A stretch of DNA of 9,567 nucleotides, counting the filler, from an uncultured virus (IMG/VR IMGVR_UViG_2049941000_000222) (taxonomy: Duplodnaviria > Heunggongvirae > Uroviricota > Caudoviricetes > Crassvirales). It is 7 parts of one record of this genome, joined end to end, with 100 filler letters (N's around TTAATTAATTAA, not from the genome) between each part and the next. Parts side by side here need not be neighbours in the genome. Positions count along the whole stretch, not along the records: positions 7,448 to 8,410 come from IMGVR_UViG_2049941000_000222; positions 8,511 to 8,927 come from IMGVR_UViG_2049941000_000222; positions 9,028 to 9,567 come from IMGVR_UViG_2049941000_000222; 4 more parts are not named here. One strand, given 5' to 3'. Both the position numbers and the translations under genes were made by a program. Under the pieces are notes generated by a model that was not told where the DNA came from, did no database searches, and worked only from the letters and a program-made list of their open reading frames with translations. Positions 8,062 to 9,567 of this stretch are shown one piece after another (the first letter of the stretch is position 1; each line of letters opens with the position of its first letter).

Positions 8062-8409
8062 TTGAAGGACAATAAGATCACGTTCAAGAACGGTACGCTC
8101 TACTCCGAGAAGGCGTTGTTCCTCGTTCAGAACTACAGCGATCTGACGCTCGAGGGCATGACGCTGACGCTGAATAATGCGAACTACACAAGCGCGTACA
8201 CGCTTTCGAACAACAACGGCAACATCGTCATTAAGGATACGACGATCAACGCGAATCCGGCAGGCGGCTTTGCATTCGACGTCTGCCGCTATGCGAGCTA
8301 TCCGGAAGTGCACGTCACAGTCACGGGCAACAGCGTAATCAACGGCAACATCGAAGTCTCCGCGAGCGGCAGCGATGCGAAGGACGGCTTCAGCCTGAAC
8401 CGACACGAA
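8062..8409 (+). CDS. Surface protein fragment, probable right-handed beta-helix segment
   Basis: LKDNKITFKNGTLYS...VQNYSDLTLEGMTLT...TLSNNNGNIVIKDTTINA...VTVTGNSVINGNIEV: Asn/Thr/Gly-rich short beta-strands in a pectin-lyase-like rhythm. Confidence 0.7.
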
Positions 8410-8410
8410 G

Positions 8411-8510
8411 NNNNNNNNNNNNNNNNNNNNNNNNNNNNNNNNNNNNNNNNNNNNTTAATTAATTAANNNNNNNNNNNNNNNNNNNNNNNNNNNNNNNNNN
8501 NNNNNNNNNN
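8411..8510. other. Artificial contig-join linker
   Basis: N44-TTAATTAATTAA-N44. Confidence 0.98.
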
Positions 8511-8590
8511 ATCTCCGCAAGCGGCAGCAACGCGAGGGATGGCTTCGGTCTGATGCTCGAATCGGGCACGTTTACCGGCGCGATCGTTCT
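8511..8590 (+). repeat. 80-bp variant copy of 8601-8680
   Basis: ISASGSNARDGFGLMLESGTFTGAIV versus VSASGNNAKDGFGLMLESGTFTGAIV, 4 nucleotide differences. A third related version (VSASGSDAKDGF) is at 8356-8391. Confidence 0.9.
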
Positions 8591-8600
8591 NNNNNNNNNN

Positions 8601-8927
8601 GTCTCCGCAAGCGGCAACAACGCGAAGGACGGCTTCGGTCTGATGCTCGAATCGGGCACGTTTACCGGCGCGATCGTTCTTGACAGCAGCGCGGCGGCTG
8701 CAATGGCAGCAACGCCGGAAAAGGCATGGGTCAAGAGAGACAAGACGAAAGCAGCGGTTGATGCACCTGCAGGTTATACCTGGGTCGATCTCGAAAACGA
8801 CATTCAGCTTCTTACGAAGCTTGTAACGGTCACGTTCAACGCAGACAACGGCAGCGAACCGACTGCAGTTGCAATTGCGAAGGGACAGACCGTAACGAAG
8901 CCTGCAGACCCGACGAAGGAAAATGCG
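8601..8927 (+). CDS. Surface protein fragment: end of beta-helix segment and start of an InlB B-repeat
   Basis: Open frame ending VTVTFNADNGSEPTAVAIAKGQTVTKPADPTKENA, the canonical start of a Flg_new repeat. Confidence 0.8.
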
Positions 8928-9027
8928 NNNNNNNNNNNNNNNNNNNNNNNNNNNNNNNNNNNNNNNNNNNNTTAATTAATTAANNNNNNNNNNNNNNNNN
9001 NNNNNNNNNNNNNNNNNNNNNNNNNNN
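8928..9027. other. Artificial contig-join linker
   Basis: N44-TTAATTAATTAA-N44. Confidence 0.98.
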
Positions 9028-9028
9028 T

Positions 9029-9361
9029 CACAACATGACCGCGCATCCGGCGGTTGCGGCAAAGTGCGAGGAAGCGGGCAACAGCGCATACTGGAGCTGC
9101 GATCGCTGCGGCAAGTACTTCAGCGACGCGCAGGGCAATACCGAGATCGAAGCGGATGCTTGGGTAATCGACGCCCTCGGTCACGCATGGGGCGAGCCTG
9201 TCGAATGGACTTGGGAAGACAATAATTCCGCAACGGCAACGCTCACTTGCGCGCACGATGCAGACCATACGCAAGACTTTGTTGCGAATGTCACCTTTGC
9301 GGAAGGTAGCGGCGACGACCTCGGCTATACGGTCTATACTGCAAAGGTAACCGTTGATAAC
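9029..9361 (+). CDS. Surface protein fragment: Cys/His repeats (CxxC type then Cx5H type)
   Basis: My translation: HNMTAHPAVAAKCEEAGNSAYWSCDRCGKYFSDAQG...DALGHAWGEPVEWTWEDNNSATATLTCAHDADHTQ...GYTVYTAKVTVDN. Confidence 0.85.
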
Positions 9362-9373
9362 GNNNNNNNNNNT

Positions 9374-9565
9374 GGCTACGATACGGTCGTTTACTGCACG
9401 GTTTGCAACGCAGAAATGAGCCGCGAGCATACGACGCTCAACGCGCTCGACCACGATTGGGGCGAATGGACGGTAACGACGCCTGCGACCTGCACGGCAG
9501 CGGGTGTTGAAACGCGCGAGTGCTCGCGCTGTGATGCGACGGAGACGCGCGCGATCGACGCGCTC
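9374..9565 (+). CDS. Surface protein fragment: CxxC-type Cys/His repeats
   Basis: My translation: GYDTVVYCTVCNAEMSREHTTLNALDHDWGEWTVTTPATCTAAGVETRECSRCDATETRAIDAL; runs off the window. Confidence 0.85.
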
Positions 9566-9567
9566 GG

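Noticed and set aside
8511..8680. DGR TR/VR pair or a true tandem duplication
   Set aside because: Adenines differ in both directions and one change is T/C; the copies are separated by an N gap, typical of an assembly bubble or paralogues.
9029..9565. Multiheme cytochrome c
   Set aside because: The CxxC motifs are followed by G, N or D, never H, so there is no CxxCH heme-binding motif.

Overview
This window is not one contiguous locus. It is seven short scaffolds joined by artificial 100-nt linkers (N44-TTAATTAATTAA-N44), each further broken by 10-N gaps (one gap is 97 N), so adjacency across gaps is unreliable. Scaffold 1 (1-700, minus strand) looks phage-derived. It carries the C-terminus of a retropepsin-like aspartic protease overlapping (ATGA) the N-terminal 3'-5' exonuclease domain of a family A DNA polymerase, plus a second allelic copy of that junction. 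Scaffolds 2-7 are almost entirely plus-strand fragments of very large modular surface proteins of Clostridia/Firmicutes type: Cys/His-containing repeats, InlB B-repeat (Flg_new) units, an MBG domain, a beta-helix-like segment, and an unnamed ~160-aa domain present in three copies. Scaffold 4 also holds a protein C-terminus resembling the tail that follows Hint domains in such proteins, a bidirectional terminator, and a convergent radical SAM SPASM domain. No complete gene is present. The best leads are the unnamed ~160-aa domain, co-varying Cys/His residues suggesting inter-repeat metal sites, and the possible Hint-tail/SPASM neighbourhood.
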